Below, piece after piece: positions 46,177 through 57,122 of a stretch of DNA of 64,000 nt. How positions within the stretch are numbered: position 1 is the first letter of the stretch; each line of letters starts with the position of its first letter. Both the position numbers and the translations under genes were made by a program. The notes below the pieces were generated by a model. That model did no database searches, was not told the DNA's origin, and was given only the letters and a program-made list of their open reading frames with translations. This DNA is from Candidatus Latescibacterota bacterium (lineage in GTDB: Bacteria; Latescibacterota; UBA2968; GCA-2709665), in the NCBI GenBank assembly GCA_965203805.1, contig OZ241917.1, positions 2,848,001 to 2,912,000 on the forward strand, written 5' to 3'.

Positions 46177-48378
46177 ATGGGCCGCGCACTTCTTCTCTCA
46201 ATCCGTTTCCACGACGGGCGGTATCACGGGACTGGCGAGTGGCCACCTGCACCTGCGCGGATATTTCAGGCGCTGGTCGCAGCAGCCGCCAGAGGTGCCA
46301 AACTGGTGGACGAGGACAGGAAAGCGCTCAATTGGCTGGAGACACTCGAACCGCCGTGGATTGCCGCACCAACTGCTCGCACGGGCCAACCCTGCAAGAC
46401 CTTTGTGCCGAATAACGATCTCGACAAGATCGGCGGTGACCTGAGACGAATCGGCGAGATTCGGACCGCTAAGAACACACGCCCGTATATTTTCGACTCA
46501 GGTGTCCCGCTACTCTTTGCCTGGACATACAATGGTGGCGGGAGTGCTGAAGACATCGCTCGAACCATCTGCCAGATCGCGGAGCGGCTCTATCAGTTGG
46601 GGAGGGGCGTCGACATGGCCTGGGCTTCGGCAGAGGTGCTATATGCGAGCGAGATTGAGACACGGCTCGCCCGTCATGGCGGCGTTGTGCATCGCCCGAG
46701 CGAGGGCGGGGCAGGCAAGGCGCTGCTTTGTCCAACAAAAGGATCGCTTGCAAGCCTCAAAGAGCGATACGATGCAAACAGGTCGCGCTTCACCTATGTA
46801 AGGGAAGGCAGGAAGGTCCAGCCGCTTTTTTCTCAATCGCCGAAGCCCCGCTTCGCCAAGGTCGCGTATGACGCTCCGCCTCGGCGCTTTCTGTTCGAGA
46901 TGCGGGCAGCTACGTACGACGAATCCTTCGTGCCATGGCCACCCACTAAAGCGGCGGAACTCGTCGTGGCTTTGCGGGACAAGGCGGCCGGGCGGCTGAA
47001 AGCGACACTACCCGGAGAGGGTGGGAAGATCGACCGCGTGCTCATCGGTCGTGAGGCCACGGAGGCAGACAAAGCCGCCCGGGTGCGGATTGTGCCGCTT
47101 CCGTCCATTGGCCACAGTCAAGCCGATTGTGCAATTCGTCGCGTAATGGTCGAGGTTCCGCCGAATTGTCCGTTGCGGGCTGACGATGTGGCCTGGGCGT
47201 TTTCCGGCCTTGAAGAGATTGACCCCGAAACCGGGGAAATTCTGTGGAATCTCGTTCGAGCCGAAGAGCGGCGAATGTTGGATCACTATGGCATCGGAGA
47301 CAGCGAACGGCACGACTACCGCGTCTGGCGCACGATTACTCCGGCTGCCCTACCGATTATGCCTGTTTCGGCGTCAGAAAGGGTGATGGGACGTCGAGCC
47401 TCTGGAGCCAAGCGCGCGGCAAGCGAGGCGAATGCAGCCTTCGCTGTCAAGCAGGCGTTGCGTCATGCCGGAGTGGTGGTACCGGTAGAGTCTATTCGCG
47501 TACAACGCGAGCCGCTCGACCGCTACGGCACTCGTGCAAAAGAGTTTGCCACCGAGCGATTTGCGGCGCGTGGCCTGCATCACGTGGAGATTGCTTTCGC
47601 GCAAGCTGTGCGCGGTCCTCTCGTCATTGGGAACGGGCGCTATCTCGGTCTGGGCTTGATGGCGCCGAAAAAGGATGGCTCGCACGACGCGCTGGTCTTC
47701 TCGATAACGCCAAGTATCTCAACTACCGACGCTACGTCGCTGCTTCACGGGGTTAGACGCGCCCTAATGGCGCTCTCTCGGGACGATAACGGACATGTGC
47801 CTCGGCTTTTCTCTGGACACGAACGCGCGGGAGCACCGGCAAGGTCGGGTAGACACGAGCATGTTTTTCTCGCTGCGGATGACGCCGATGGGGATGGGCG
47901 TATCGACCGTGTGATCGTGGCCGCGCCGTGGGCCTGTGACCGCACCGCAAAAGGAAGTCGCGAGGACCGTGCTTGCTTCGAAAGGATGGTGACGACCCTG
48001 ACCCATGTACGGGCCGGCAGATTCGGCGTCCTTACGCTTGGCCCCGCATTCGCCCTGGCGGATGGCGATCCGCTTGTTGGCCCTGCTCGTGTATGGGAAA
48101 GCCGCACGTCTTATCGCCCGGCGCGCCACGCGGGACGAGGCAAAGCTCTGGACGCCTCCGTCGTGCGTGATGTAATCACCGAATGCGAGCGGCGCGGCCT
48201 GCCCAGACCCGAAGTCGAGTTATTGGTACTCAACACCGGTCCAAACGGCGGCAACCTGGCTGCCCGCGTCCGTCTTCGCTTTGCCGTGGCGGTAGAAGGA
48301 CCGATTATGCTCGGCCGGGACAGCCACAGGGGAGGTGGACTCTTTGCATCCAGGAAAACAGAACACCCAAAGAGCTAA
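46177..48378 (+). CDS. csb2: Type I-G Csb2 (Cas5/Cas6), long 733-aa form, operon 2
   Basis: GRYHG..EWPPAPARIFQALVA, VPNND, LGRGVDMA; two Gly-rich loops GNGRYLGLGL and GRDSHRGGGL. Confidence 0.9.
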   Translation: MGRALLLSIRFHDGRYHGTGEWPPAPARIFQALVAAAARGAKLVDEDRKALNWLETLEPPWIAAPTARTGQPCKTFVPNNDLDKIGGDLRRIGEIRTAKNTRPYIFDSGVPLLFAWTYNGGGSAEDIARTICQIAERLYQLGRGVDMAWASAEVLYASEIETRLARHGGVVHRPSEGGAGKALLCPTKGSLASLKERYDANRSRFTYVREGRKVQPLFSQSPKPRFAKVAYDAPPRRFLFEMRAATYDESFVPWPPTKAAELVVALRDKAAGRLKATLPGEGGKIDRVLIGREATEADKAARVRIVPLPSIGHSQADCAIRRVMVEVPPNCPLRADDVAWAFSGLEEIDPETGEILWNLVRAEERRMLDHYGIGDSERHDYRVWRTITPAALPIMPVSASERVMGRRASGAKRAASEANAAFAVKQALRHAGVVVPVESIRVQREPLDRYGTRAKEFATERFAARGLHHVEIAFAQAVRGPLVIGNGRYLGLGLMAPKKDGSHDALVFSITPSISTTDATSLLHGVRRALMALSRDDNGHVPRLFSGHERAGAPARSGRHEHVFLAADDADGDGRIDRVIVAAPWACDRTAKGSREDRACFERMVTTLTHVRAGRFGVLTLGPAFALADGDPLVGPARVWESRTSYRPARHAGRGKALDASVVRDVITECERRGLPRPEVELLVLNTGPNGGNLAARVRLRFAVAVEGPIMLGRDSHRGGGLFASRKTEHPKS

Positions 48379-48384
48379 TCCGAT

Positions 48385-48597
48385 ATGGCCACGAGTAGCA
48401 AGCCGTTCGATGCCGTCCGGATGATGCGCTCGTTCCGGGACAAACTTAGCGAGCAGATCAGCGGCATGACGTTTGAGGAAGAGCAAGCCTACATTCGAAG
48501 GCGCCTTCGCGACGAGCCTGTGGACGGTAACTCCGCCGCTGAACTTGAGGACGCCGTTCAGAATCGTAGCGTCGTGGAGAGCGGTGGAAAGCCGTAA
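48385..48597 (+). CDS. Family-E small protein, probable antitoxin of a PIN-type TA pair
   Basis: KPFDAVRMMRSFRDKLSEQISGMTFEEE; overlapped by a RTPKELIRYGHE* tail resembling PIN toxin C-termini. Confidence 0.55.
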   Translation: MATSSKPFDAVRMMRSFRDKLSEQISGMTFEEEQAYIRRRLRDEPVDGNSAAELEDAVQNRSVVESGGKP

Positions 48598-49043
48598 TGC
48601 TTGTTGCTGAAGTTTAGCGCCTGTCGGGGATGCGCTATGGTTAACTTATTTCCAAGAGCAGCAAATAGTGGGCAGTGGCCAGTGGTCAGGAAGAGCAGTC
48701 GCCCGCTTCCATTTATTCTCAGGATCGGCAGTTAGTCGACACCCAGACCCCACGAAGGAAGAGTGGGAGGATGTAAACTATAGGGTGCTCCCCGTAATAA
48801 GTTAAACTTGAACGAAGCACGACGGTGCCGGAGGGGATCGGCGCCGAACGGCCCCCAATTCGTCTTCAGGATGTCCTTGATTCAGTGTGTCTTGGGGTGC
48901 AATTTATCTGCATGCAAGGCGCTGTTCTTCTGTAGGTTTGATCTCCCGTGCAACGCTGATTTTCGGCCGGATGTTGGACCCAGTAGACACGAGAAGATTT
49001 CTGTTCGTAGCTGCCCGTTTTGGATAAACGAAAGGGGGCGACG

Positions 49044-49388
49044 ATGACGGTACAAAACCTGTCAAGAGTTAAGGACGTTGTCGAAACGACTTTGAGAGAA
49101 CGATGCGGTAACGTATTCGAATTGATTGCGGTGAAGCCAGACTTCGATGAATACGGGGGCGAGATTCTTGTTATCAAGGCTGTCTTTAACATGGACCGAC
49201 TCGGAGCTCGGCGAACATCAGGCCTGATACGCCACCTGCGTCCAAAGCTGGCGGAGGTGGGCACGGAAGCGTTTCCAGTAATCTCGTTCATTGCCAAATC
49301 CGAACTGCGGGACCGGGACCTTGAAGCCCTCCGATCTAACCTCGATTCGTCAATATTCGGTGACGTTAAATCGAATATATGCAAGTGA
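49044..49388 (+). CDS. Hypothetical protein
   Basis: AGGGGG RBS; ~114 aa, PDFDEYGGEIL..LRPKL...FPVISFIAKSE. Confidence 0.6.
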   Translation: MTVQNLSRVKDVVETTLRERCGNVFELIAVKPDFDEYGGEILVIKAVFNMDRLGARRTSGLIRHLRPKLAEVGTEAFPVISFIAKSELRDRDLEALRSNLDSSIFGDVKSNICK

Positions 49389-49742
49389 ATAAAGGCGATA
49401 TGACATCGGATTTCCAGGATACTTCAGGTCACCGGACGTGAACGGAAAAAACATCCTCTTGGACGACCATTACGCTCCGTTTCGGGAGTTTTCTCCGCAG
49501 TGTCGGCTTGCTGGATTTTTCGAATTAAGGCAAATTGCCACAAGAGGCACAAGAACAACCATCCTTTTACAGGGCGTATCACCGAAAGACAAGGTAATAT
49601 CTGCAGGGTCACGGCGTTACGACACACGCTGTTTGGTGCCGATACCTTTTGTGCTTTTTGTGGCCAATTTAACGGTTATCTTTTTTCGAATTGAGGCTTA
49701 TTGAAGCGGCGATGGACCTGACGCGCCACTAAGGTAATATCC

Positions 49743-51290
49743 ATGCCCAGACGCAGACTCCCCATAGGCATCCAGACCTTCCGCGAGATCCGCGAGGAGG
49801 ACTGCTACTACGTCGACAAGACCGCCTACATCCGGCGGTTGCTCGACGAGGGAAAGCATTATTTCCTGTCGCGCCCGAGGCGCTTTGGCAAGAGCCTCTT
49901 TCTCGACACCTGCAAGGAGCTGTTCGAGGGCAACCAGGCGCTGTTCGAAGGGCTGGACGTCCACGATCACTGGGACTGGTCGGTCCGTCACCCCGTCCTG
50001 CGCCTGAGCTTCGGCAGAGGCAACTTCAAGACGCCCGGGTACGTGGAGAGGAACCTCATGGCGCAATTGGACGCCGTCGAGCGCCGGACCGACGTGTCTT
50101 CGGACTACGCCACGGGACCCGATCGGTTCGCTCACCAGTTAGAGGGGCTGCACGGCCGATTCGGTCAGCCGGTCGCGGTGCTGATCGACGAGTACGACAA
50201 GCCGATCCTGGACGCCCTGGAGGAACCGGAAATCGCGCGCGCCAACCGGGACTATCTGCGCGGCCTTTACGCGACGATCAAGGACAGCGCCGCTCACGTC
50301 AGGTTCACCTTGCTCACGGGCGTGAGCAAGTTTTCCAAGGTCAGCCTGTTCTCCGGCCTTAACAATCTCAAGGATATCACCCTGGACCGACGCTATTCCG
50401 CCATCTGCGGCTATACCGAGGCGGACCTGAATACCGTGTTCTCGCCGGAGTTGCCCGGACTCGACAGGGACGAGATCCGGGACTGGTACAACGGCTACAG
50501 CTGGCTGGGAGAGGAGAACGTGTATAACCCCTTCGACATTCTCCTGCTCTTCGACAGCCGAGAGTTCAAGGCCCACTGGTTCGAGACCGGTACGCCCTCG
50601 TTTCTGGTCGAGACCCTGTTCCAGCGCCGGGTCGGATCGTTGGCCCTGGAAAACATGGTGGGCACCGATGACCTGTTGTCGAAATTCGACGTCGACGACG
50701 TCGCCACCGAGGCGCTGTTGTTCCAGACCGGCTATCTCACGATCACCGGGGAGAGAAATCTGGGCGGCAAAACCTTGTACCGTCTGGGCTATCCGAACCG
50801 CGAGGTAAAGCAGAGCCTGAACGAGCATCTGCTGCACGCCATGGGGCCCGACTCCTCGCGGCAAGGTTCACACGACATCCGGCTCTACAACCTGCTGCTC
50901 GCCAACGACTTCGCCGGGCTCGAGACCCTCTTCCACGCCTTCTTCGCCAGCATTCCCTACGAGTGGTACGCGAACAACGATATCTCCCGCTACGAAGGCT
51001 ACTACGCCAGCGTGTTTTATTCCTGGTTCGCGGCCCTGGGACTCGACGTTACCGTCGAGGACAGCAGCAGCCACGGCCGTCTGGACATGGCGGTTTGCTT
51101 CAATGACAATGTCTACCTATTCGAGTTCAAGGTGGTCGAGATGGCGTCCGCTGGCGCGGCGATGGCGCAGCTGAAGGAGAAACGCTACGCCGACAAATAT
51201 CGAGCGTCTGGACAGCCGATCCACCTGATCGCCGTCGAGTTCAGCAGCGAGGCGCGCAACCTCGCCGCTTTCGAGGTCGAGCGGGCGTGA
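49743..51290 (+). CDS. AAA-ATPase-like plus PD-(D/E)XK nuclease protein, copy 3
   Basis: Same motifs as copies 1 and 2. Confidence 0.9.
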   Translation: MPRRRLPIGIQTFREIREEDCYYVDKTAYIRRLLDEGKHYFLSRPRRFGKSLFLDTCKELFEGNQALFEGLDVHDHWDWSVRHPVLRLSFGRGNFKTPGYVERNLMAQLDAVERRTDVSSDYATGPDRFAHQLEGLHGRFGQPVAVLIDEYDKPILDALEEPEIARANRDYLRGLYATIKDSAAHVRFTLLTGVSKFSKVSLFSGLNNLKDITLDRRYSAICGYTEADLNTVFSPELPGLDRDEIRDWYNGYSWLGEENVYNPFDILLLFDSREFKAHWFETGTPSFLVETLFQRRVGSLALENMVGTDDLLSKFDVDDVATEALLFQTGYLTITGERNLGGKTLYRLGYPNREVKQSLNEHLLHAMGPDSSRQGSHDIRLYNLLLANDFAGLETLFHAFFASIPYEWYANNDISRYEGYYASVFYSWFAALGLDVTVEDSSSHGRLDMAVCFNDNVYLFEFKVVEMASAGAAMAQLKEKRYADKYRASGQPIHLIAVEFSSEARNLAAFEVERA

Positions 51291-51369
51291 GCGCAGGAGG
51301 GCGCCGGCTACCTGAAACCGGCCCAAGCTGAAGCTGCCTTTGTCAGCATGGAGAGCGGCCAGCCAATAA

Positions 51370-51729
<360 letters not shown>

Positions 51730-51746
51730 CGGAGGTTAACGTCACT

Positions 51747-53552
51747 ATGAGCGCTCCCCACGCTCAGGGACTCTCCCCGTCCCGCCTGCCCGACGAGAAT
51801 ACCTCGCGGGCAGGTCGTCCGTTGCCGGACTATCTCCCGGCGCGCATGATCAACCAGTACGTCTATTGCCCGCGGCTGTTCTACTTCGAGCACGTGGAAG
51901 GCGTCTTCGTCCACAACGAATACACCGTCGAGGGCGAAACGCAACACAAACGCGTCGACAGGAAAACACAACCGGCGCCCCCGCCTGACGAAGCGGGCGA
52001 AAAACCCGTTGTCGCACGCTCGATAACGTTGTCGTCGGAAGCCCATCGAGTGATAGCAAAGCTCGATCTGGCAGAGTTCTCGGAGGGACGGGCAACGCCG
52101 GTCGACTACAAACGCGGCCGTCCAATGGACGGCGAGGACGGTCTCGAAGCATGGCCGGGCGACCGCGTTCAACTCGCCGTTCAGGCGCTCGTGTTGCGCG
52201 CCAACGCCTATCGTTGCGAAGAGGGCGTCATCTTCTACCACAGGACGCGCCAGCGGGTTCGCGTTCCGTTCGACGAGGAGACGATTGCGGAAGCCGAGCG
52301 AGCCATTGCGGACGCATGGGCCACGGCCGCGGCCGGCGAGAGGCCGCTCCCGCTCATCGACTCGCCGAAGTGTCCCGGCTGCTCCCTTGTCGGCATCTGC
52401 ATGCCCGATGAGACCTGGCAACTCAAGGCCAATGGCGAGACCGACGCTGCGCAGCAACTTGACCTGTTTCCTGGCGCGGGGAAAAATCCGAATGCTGTCC
52501 CGGAAGAAGTTCGGCGCCTGGTCGCGCCGCGGACGGACAGGAAGCCGCTGTATCTGAACTCTCAGAGACTTCGCGTGGGCAAGAGCAACGGGATTCTTCG
52601 GGTTAAAGAGCGCGACAAGGTCGTTCAGGACGTGCGCATCAACGAAATCTGTCAGGTCAGCCTGATGGGCAGCGTTCAGATGACGACGCAGGCCGTGCAG
52701 GCGCTGTGTACCGCGGAGATTCCTATCTGCTACTTCTCTCAGGGGGGATGGTTCTACGGGGTCACCTCGGGGCTGAACACGAAGAACGTCTTTCTGCGAC
52801 AGGCACAGTTCCGGCTTTCAGACCAACCCTGGTACTGCCTGCGCCTTGCCCGCCAACTCGTGGCAGGCAAGATTCGCAATCAACGAACGTTGCTGCGTCG
52901 CAATCACGTCGAACCGTCCAGGGCGGCGTTGCGTGAGTTGACGTGGATAGTCGATCAGGCGGAAACGGCCGAATCGCTTGAAGAACTATTGGGAGTAGAA
53001 GGCTGGGCGGCGCGCATCTATTTCGGACTGTTCGGGGGTATGTTGAAACGCGAGGAGGAACAGGGCGGCGAGACCGGGTTCACCTTCGATTTTCACGCCA
53101 GAAACCGCCGGCCTCCGCGAGATCCGGTCAATGCCCTTTTGTCGCTCGGCTACAGTCTCCTGACGAAGGATCTGACCGTTGCCTGCTATGCGGTGGGCTT
53201 TGACCCGATGATAGGATTCTATCATCAGCCGCGCCAGGGCCGACCGGCCCTGGCTCTGGATCTAATGGAACCATTGCGCCCGTTGATTGTGGACTCGGCC
53301 GTGCTGAGCGCGGTGAATACGATGATGGTCTCGGAAGGTGACTTTGTATTGTCGGGGGACGCGGTTTCGTTGACGCCCGCGGGTCGAAAAGGATTCTTCC
53401 GTGCGTATGAGGCCCGCATGAATACATTGGTCACGCATCCGCTTTTCGACTACCGCGTCAGTTATCGACGACTACTCGAAATCCAGGCCCGTCTCCTTGC
53501 AAAAACGCTCCAGGGGGAGTTGGGCAACTACCCGGTTTTCGTGACGCGCTGA
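51747..53552 (+). CDS. cas1: Cas4/Cas1 fusion
   Basis: Cas4: YCPR, DYKRG, CPGCSLVGIC. Cas1: GVEG..A..YF, RNRRPPRDPVNALLS.GY, LALDLMEP.RP. Confidence 0.95.
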   Translation: MSAPHAQGLSPSRLPDENTSRAGRPLPDYLPARMINQYVYCPRLFYFEHVEGVFVHNEYTVEGETQHKRVDRKTQPAPPPDEAGEKPVVARSITLSSEAHRVIAKLDLAEFSEGRATPVDYKRGRPMDGEDGLEAWPGDRVQLAVQALVLRANAYRCEEGVIFYHRTRQRVRVPFDEETIAEAERAIADAWATAAAGERPLPLIDSPKCPGCSLVGICMPDETWQLKANGETDAAQQLDLFPGAGKNPNAVPEEVRRLVAPRTDRKPLYLNSQRLRVGKSNGILRVKERDKVVQDVRINEICQVSLMGSVQMTTQAVQALCTAEIPICYFSQGGWFYGVTSGLNTKNVFLRQAQFRLSDQPWYCLRLARQLVAGKIRNQRTLLRRNHVEPSRAALRELTWIVDQAETAESLEELLGVEGWAARIYFGLFGGMLKREEEQGGETGFTFDFHARNRRPPRDPVNALLSLGYSLLTKDLTVACYAVGFDPMIGFYHQPRQGRPALALDLMEPLRPLIVDSAVLSAVNTMMVSEGDFVLSGDAVSLTPAGRKGFFRAYEARMNTLVTHPLFDYRVSYRRLLEIQARLLAKTLQGELGNYPVFVTR

Positions 53553-53639
53553 GCCTGGCCGCCCTGCCTGCCGAGTGCCGCTCGGCAGGCAGGGCAGACA
53601 AGCGAGCGGCGAGGCGATGAATATATCCCGGAGGATGCT

Positions 53640-53778
53640 CGCGTTGTTTAATGGCAATGTTTACAATTACTTAAACAAAGGAGGCATCTATGAAGGATCC
53701 GCACTCCGGCATCTGGAAGGTGGCTGCTCGCAACCGCGATGGCAAGTTGTTGAAAATAAGCAGTGTAGGGTAGGCGCT
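53640..53778 (+). promoter_or_regulatory. CRISPR leader
   Basis: Non-coding, relatively AT-rich segment between cas1 and the first repeat. Confidence 0.65.
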
Positions 53779-55868
53779 ATTTCCGCGATCATCTGATCGC
53801 GGCCTCATTGAAGCTACGATTGCGTCCATTGCGGCCCCCTTGTATCGGGTTATTTCCGCGATCATCTGATCGCGGCCTCATTGAAGCCTTACACTGGAGG
53901 TATCGCATGGAGCGAACACTTGCCCATTTCCGCGATCATCTGATCGCGGCCTCATTGAAGCCGTGTATTACGATCCGGACAGCGGCGAGCTGGTTCCCCA
54001 TTTCCGCGATCATCTGATCGCGGCCTCATTGAAGCTGCGCGATTTTCGGGCAAAATCGACCTGGCGACCAGATTTCCGCGATCATCTGATCGCGGCCTCA
54101 TTGAAGCTGTAAAGCCCTTAAAGCTGTGTTAATTTCTTCTTCAGCAGATTTCCGCGATCATCTGATCGCGGCCTCATTGAAGCTTTCTGAGGCGGACGCC
54201 AGGCTTGTGGCGCGGGTCCATATTTCCGCGATCATCTGATCGCGGCCTCATTGAAGCCCCGTCGAACGCCAGCCGCCAGAATCCGGCCATCATCGGATTT
54301 CCGCGATCATCTGATCGCGGCCTCATTGAAGCGCCATACCCCGCAGCGGATTTACCCCGGCGGGGATATATTTCCGCGATCATCTGATCGCGGCCTCATT
54401 GAAGCGTGCTCGCTACCGCGATGTCAATCGTTGCGCCCTGCATTTCCGCGATCATCTGATCGCGGCCTCATTGAAGCATGGCGTTGTAGGACAGGTCATA
54501 CTCGGGCGGCAAGGCCATTTCCGCGATCATCTGATCGCGGCCTCATTGAAGCAAAAGCCCCAGGGCGAGGGGAACGCCCCAGGGCTTGATTTCCGCGATC
54601 ATCTGATCGCGGCCTCATTGAAGCAAAAGCCCCAGGGCGAGGGGAACGCCCCAGGGCTTGATTTCCGCGATCATCTGATCGCGGCCTCATTGAAGCGGGA
54701 CCGATTCGAACATTCAGGGCACGATCGTTGCCCTGATTTCCGCGATCATCTGATCGCGGCCTCATTGAAGCCATTCGTCACGTGGACGTTCAGGGCGCCT
54801 TGCTGCGACATTTCCGCGATCATCTGATCGCGGCCTCATTGAAGCAGGGGTTCGGCGCAGTCGATGCTGTTGGCTTCGTGCGTATTTCCGCGATCATCTG
54901 ATCGCGGCCTCATTGAAGCTTTGCGGCGGCTAGCCAGGCGATACGGCCGAATATGTATTTCCGCGATCATCTGATCGCGGCCTCATTGAAGCCACTGAGA
55001 TGATTTCATCCATCGCTATCCTCCTGCCATTTCCGCGATCATCTGATCGCGGCCTCATTGAAGCTGATGACCTTTCGGGAATGGATGACTTTTCTGGTGA
55101 TATTTCCGCGATCATCTGATCGCGGCCTCATTGAAGCGTCTGGTGCCCGAAGTACCGCAAAAAGGTTCTGGCCGGATTTCCGCGATCATCTGATCGCGGC
55201 CTCATTGAAGCTGAATAATGGTAGAAAGAATCTATGCAGACTTCTAGGATTTCCGCGATCATCTGATCGCGGCCTCATTGAAGCGTTCCAACAAAAGCTT
55301 GTAGAGAAGAGCCTCCTAAAATTTCCGCGATCATCTGATCGCGGCCTCATTGAAGCCACCTTCCGGCCGTTTGCGTTTCGGGCAAATCGGCGCATTTCCG
55401 CGATCATCTGATCGCGGCCTCATTGAAGCTTCTCGAGGGCGTTGAGTTTGATCAGCGGCTGCACGTGATTTCCGCGATCATCTGATCGCGGCCTCATTGA
55501 AGCAAGTAACAAGACAAGGGAAGCCAACCAACACACAAAGGATTTCCGCGATCATCTGATCGCGGCCTCATTGAAGCTCACCAAACCGCGCAATGGAAAG
55601 AATAAACGTCCGTTATTTCCGCGATCATCTGATCGCGGCCTCATTGAAGCTCACCAAACCGCGCAATGGAAAGAATAAACGTCCGTTATTTCCGCGATCA
55701 TCTGATCGCGGCCTCATTGAAGCTCCTGGCGAACCGCACCGAGGACCGCGCCGTCGCGAAATTTCCGCGATCATCTGATCGCGGCCTCATTGAAGCGAAA
55801 AATTCCTCTACCTCATCTGTTCTGCCAGTAGAATTTCCGCGATCATCTGATCGCGGCCTCATTGAAGC
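53779..55868 (+). CRISPR. CRISPR array: 29 identical 36-bp repeats, 28 spacers
   Basis: Repeat ATTTCCGCGATCATCTGATCGCGGCCTCATTGAAGC with CCGCGATC/GATCGCGG hairpin; period 72-76 bp; counted by hand. Confidence 0.98.
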
Positions 55869-55981
55869 GATTCATTTGAAACCCCTTTTGAAAGGGGATT
55901 ATAACCCAAAGTCACATTTGAGCCATTCGGCAACGAAATCCAACCGCCCAAATTTCTGCTTCTTCTATTAAATATTCCACC

Positions 55982-56010
55982 TTGACAAGATTTAAAAATC
56001 TGCATACTTT
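55982..56010 (+). promoter_or_regulatory. Sigma70 promoter with internal palindrome
   Basis: TTGACA-17 nt-TACTTT with AGATTT-AA-AAATCT in the spacer. Confidence 0.6.
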
Positions 56011-56040
56011 TCCACTGAACAACACGTGGAGGAGTATGCT

Positions 56041-56289
56041 ATGTTACAGAAAATTCTCAGGAATGATTACTTCCAAATGCTCACCTTTCTCGTAGCCCTG
56101 GCAGGCTTAATGTGGGGCACCGTGTGGACACTCAACACCAGACTTGAAGACAGGATGAATGCCCGTTTTGATAGCATTGACATACGTTTTGACAAGATCG
56201 AAAGTCGCTTAGAGAAAATTGACACACGCTTGGACTCCTTTGGTGAACGTATTGCAAAAAACGAAGCCAGATTAGACGCCTTGAAATAA
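56041..56289 (+). CDS. Small coiled-coil protein with N-terminal TM helix
   Basis: GGAGGAG RBS; hydrophobic helix then heptads RFDSIDI RFDKIES RLEKIDT RLDSFGE. Confidence 0.72.
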   Translation: MLQKILRNDYFQMLTFLVALAGLMWGTVWTLNTRLEDRMNARFDSIDIRFDKIESRLEKIDTRLDSFGERIAKNEARLDALK

Positions 56290-56356
56290 ACTCCTCGTTT
56301 TACCCCTACCGCCACTCAAGCCACATCAAAAATTCCCTACCGCTTTCCTTAAGGAA

Positions 56357-56572
56357 CTACATTAGTTCCTGCGACCGCAAGTGGCGCGAGGCGCGCCAAG
56401 ACGTTTTCTTCGGATCAACGACCTTCACTTCCACGTCCATAACTACCGCACGCGCCAACTCCTCCGGCGTAGCGTCTATACTCACTTCCTCATCCAGATC
56501 CGCCTTCGTCGGCTGATACCCGCTGTCCGCAACCTCTACGACCGGCTTCTTCCTTATATCCTCGGAACCCAT
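56357..56572 (-). CDS. Hypothetical small protein (YQP.KA.L.E...IDATPEELARA)
   Basis: AGGAGG RBS, 71 aa. Confidence 0.6.
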   Translation of the reverse strand: MGSEDIRKKPVVEVADSGYQPTKADLDEEVSIDATPEELARAVVMDVEVKVVDPKKTSWRASRHLRSQELM

Positions 56573-56599
56573 AACATCCTCCTTTCCCGATCCTTCGCC

Positions 56600-56875
56600 C
56601 GAAATGTAATCCTGAAGAAGCCGTTGTGAGGGTGGGGCCTGCCTGCTTTGCTACGCCGATGAAGTCTCCGCGCAAATGTGTTTCCCGCGTTGCTGTATTC
56701 AGGACGATGGAGAAGACGGGAGATTCTTCGCTGCGCTCAGAATGACCTGTCTTGCAATAACCAGATGAGAAGTGTCTCGGTCATGCGTTTGCCAGTAATG
56801 TCATACTGACGAGGCCGCTGCCAGGGTGGGACCTGCCTGCCTGCCAAAGCGTGACTGGCAGGCGCAGGCAGGCGG
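56600..56875. repeat. Cluster of REP-like palindromes
   Basis: GAGATTCTTCGCTGCGCTCAGAATGAC at 56720, plus two related units (GCC..TG..AGGGTGGG.CCTGCCTGC) at ~56620 and ~56815. Confidence 0.55.
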
Positions 56876-57122
56876 ACATTCCTGTCTCCCCGCTCCGCTA
56901 CGCAGAATCAGCACCTTGGACTTGCATTTGTCAAACAACGATACTTCCGTATCTTGGTCGGAACATGGTAACCGATATGTCTTCAGGCATGGTGACGTAC
57001 AGCCTGTGGGTAATCGGTTCACCACAATCGCCCGGAAGACTGTGCGTCTTTTCGGCGACTGCGCCTTTATCCTGCTCATCCTGTCCATCCATGTAAGCTC
57101 AAGCCTATGAGACATTCAGACC

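Noticed and set aside
53815-55832. Self-targeting spacers in the main array
   Set aside because: No match within the window noticed by eye; not exhaustively tested.
53671-55971. ORFs with repeated FPRSSDRGLIEA / FRDHLIAASLK peptides
   Set aside because: Translations of the CRISPR repeat.
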